DNA from: Chromera velia
Taxonomy: Eukaryota
DNA length: 54,959 nucleotides
NCBI GenBank assembly: GCA_018398765.1
Contig: JAHBMJ010000176.1
Span: 1 to 54,959 of the forward strand
Direction: 5' to 3'
This document shows, piece by piece, positions 52,253 to 54,959 of the stretch. A program made the position numbers and the translations under genes. The notes under the pieces were generated by a model. It made no database searches, was not told where the DNA came from, and saw only the letters and a program-made list of their open reading frames with translations. The first letter of the stretch is position 1. The number at the start of each line of letters is the position of its first letter.

Positions 52253-54010
52253 CTCCATCCATGAAATTCAAGACGCAGGTTTACCCGGAGTACACACACC
52301 GATTGTTGGTTTGAATGGACGGACAGGCAGAATGAATACACATTTTGTCTCTCCTTGTGACACAAACAGAGAGACCGACCTCAATTGGAGGAAGGTTGGG
52401 CCCAAACCTCTCGAAAGCACACCCCTCGATGACCGTGACTGTCTGCTGAATTCCCGACGGACACGGATGCAGCTGGTTGGCAAGGATCACCTCCTCGTCC
52501 TCTGTGTATCTCTTCATGCCGCCTCCCGATGCACCCCCAGACTGAGAAGAAGAAGCACTCCCCACTTCCCCCCCTGCCTGTGCTTGTTGTTGCATTCTCC
52601 TGGCCTGATGCGCTTGCAACACTGCGGCTGCAGCCAACTGAGCCTGAGGCACTATGATGGGCTCCGCCTCCCTCTCCCCTCCAATCACCCCTGACGAGGA
52701 TGGTATGCTGAGGCCGCTCCTCCTTCCTTCCTCCCCAGAAGAAGAAGAGGCCCCCCCGCCCTCATTCGACTTTATCCCTCCAGTGCCCCCCTCCCCCCCC
52801 CCTGGTACTGGGGGACCTTCCCATGGCATTTCCCCTGGATCGTGTGTGAAGGGAATGTGCCCACTGAAAGCGGGGGTGCGCAGAGGCAAGGGGCGACTCC
52901 GAACAGCCCCCTTGCCCCCCTCCCCTTCCTCCTGTGAAGAAGTCTCAGCCTGAATACTGGGGGAAGGGGAATGAGAAGGAGAAGGGGACCCTGCTGTACT
53001 GGTGCCAGGGTGTGTGGAGGAACGGACGCTCCGATCGCACGCCGCAAGTGAGTGCGAGGGAGCGGGAGAGGAAAAGGCAGAATGGCCGCTATCGGCAGTG
53101 TGTGTGTGCATGCCGTTGCTCTGAGGGGACTGGAAGGTGGAGGAGAACGCAGGGGACTTCCACCCTGCCGCCGCCGCCGCCGCGCCGTTCTCAAGAGAAT
53201 TGGTGTCGACGTGATACTCCACTGAGGCCCTCATTGCATTCTGCATACACGCATACAGACAGACAGACAGCAGAAATGGGGATGAAAAGAAAGACCGACA
53301 GGAGATTGAGGGGGGGCACGCAGGGCAGTTTCAAGAGGAGAATTTTAGCAAAATGAAGGAGAGAATTCAAAAACGAACGAAGAAGAAAAAGGCACAAAGA
53401 AGCGATGGATGAAAAAAAAAGAGGACTGACATACTTCTTTCTGAATTGGGGGAATGAGGAAGGGAACCAGAGCACATGCAGACAGAAAACGCGGTTTCTT
53501 CGAATTGAGTGAAGAGCTCTTTCGGGACAGACTAGGCGGCAGAGGAGGATTATCGGAAATCTGCGAGACTTTTCTGGAAAAGGAAAACTCTTGGCCTCAG
53601 TCTGCAGACAAGTAGACTGCCTGCCTTCTTCTCCTGTCCACAACTTTGTTGACCTTCATCCCTGCTGACCGACCTTGAAAAGTTCAAACAAAATGTAGTA
53701 CAGATACTGAGGTACGAACGGGAGCGTCGTGCTGCCCCTTTTAATGATCTGCAGGCATGCACAGTCAAGTAAACATGAAAAAGATTCATCTGATAGAGAC
53801 GCCATGCATCAGGAAAAAGGGAAGAAATGCAGAAGGAACAGAGGAAGCAAGCAGACCGGAAGGAAGATGTAGAAGACAAAAGCAACAGGAAAGAAGAGGG
53901 CAAACACCAGCCGCCAAGTGATTTTGAAAAAAGACGGACCCGGACAGTTGGACAGCAACCCCTGTGTGCCTGGCACAAAAGCTCGGCATCTGCAAACGAA
54001 AACATTCCAT

Positions 54011-54046
<36 letters not shown>

Positions 54047-54547
54047 CACACACCAAGATGAACGAGGGCCTTTGACGACAGGTGACAGAACATTTTGCGC
54101 TCTTTCATTAATTCAACGGGAACCGAGGTAAAGGGAAAGAGGCGTCCCCTCCCATGCATTCATCGTCTGTGTGTTCTTTCTTCCTTGTCTCTTCTCCGAA
54201 TCTGCAACAGCTAGGGCTCTTTTTCTTTTCTCCTCGGAGAGAGCCATGCAGTTTAGCGTGCTACGCGGTTTCTGTAGCTTGCATGAGCTCTCTCTCTCTC
54301 TCTGTTTGTTTCTCGACGTGAGCCCGCCGACTTTTGCTATGAGGGGGAAGGAAGGAGGCTGCAGACGCAATTCTTTTCGAATAGCCAGACAGGACACATA
54401 CACAGAGAGACAGATATTCAGACCCACATACGCGCGCGCGATACGCGTGCACAGAGCAGGGCGGTGCTGGAACGGAGGAAAACCAGACAGCAAAGAGGAC
54501 CTCCTGACCTTGAGCGGCCTTCTGGACCACCGCCACAGGATTACATG
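50350..54547 (-). CDS. Pyruvate dehydrogenase kinase / branched-chain ketoacid dehydrogenase kinase family protein; 5' end probably outside the window, last exon uncertain
   Basis: Spliced exons give CNPVAVVQKAAQ-DAELLCQAH, FVPQYLYYILFELFK-NAMRASVE (N box), LPPIE-VVLSGDEGQIAIK, DEGGG...VWSYLYTTAP (G1), SPLAG-FGCGLPLSRLYADYLGGEL (G2). Confidence 0.9.
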
Positions 54548-54959
54548 CTGCATCCATCCATCCATGCATCTATCCACGCATCCATGCATGCATCTATAGG
54601 CTCGTTCATTCATTCATACATTCATTCATTCAAGCACTCATTCATTTGTCACACCATTGATGAATCCATCCTCCGAGTCCCATGCCTGCAGGAATCCTTT
54701 GGAGAGAATAAATTCGATCTGCACCTTAATTATCACGACCAACCTTCTGGGAAAGACAGTCAGGGCAGACAAAGCTCACGGATCAATCCAGCGCGGTAAT
54801 TAAATTGTGAGCGCCTCGAAGGGCTTTCCTTTCCTTTCCGGTCTCCCTGTTCCTCCCTGACGGCCAGAAAGATAAAATCAATCCAAGCCACCTCACTCTT
54901 GCTATCCATCCACTCGCCCCCTCCCTACCACCCCCCCCCCCCCCCCCCCCCCCCCCCCC

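Noticed and set aside
54929..54959. Terminal poly-C run
   Set aside because: Likely an intronic homopolymer or contig-edge artefact

Overview
Eukaryotic, intron- and microsatellite-rich genomic window. Gene families and style suggest a chromerid alveolate such as Chromera velia (inference only). The left third is repeat- and pseudogene-rich. It holds an intron-containing DD34E Tc1/IS630 transposase between two ~800-bp direct repeats that each encode a phage-type HNH endonuclease-like ORF, a broken ankyrin gene, a CRE-like non-LTR fragment, a CBM20 + CxxC/CEHGR zinc-repeat gene and nested TIR elements. The middle holds a 5-exon secreted VIT-vWA gene converging on a secreted Hedgehog-type Hint (Hog) gene that has in-frame stops, plus a hAT-like element with an 8-bp TSD. 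The right part holds a putative plastid-targeted hypothetical gene, a divergent low-complexity gene, an SmD3 fragment and a 5'-truncated PDK/BCKDK-family kinase gene. The best candidate for an undescribed system is the Tc1 transposase-HNH nuclease cassette at about 1.06-4.13 kb. All calls and coordinates were made by eye, without database searches.
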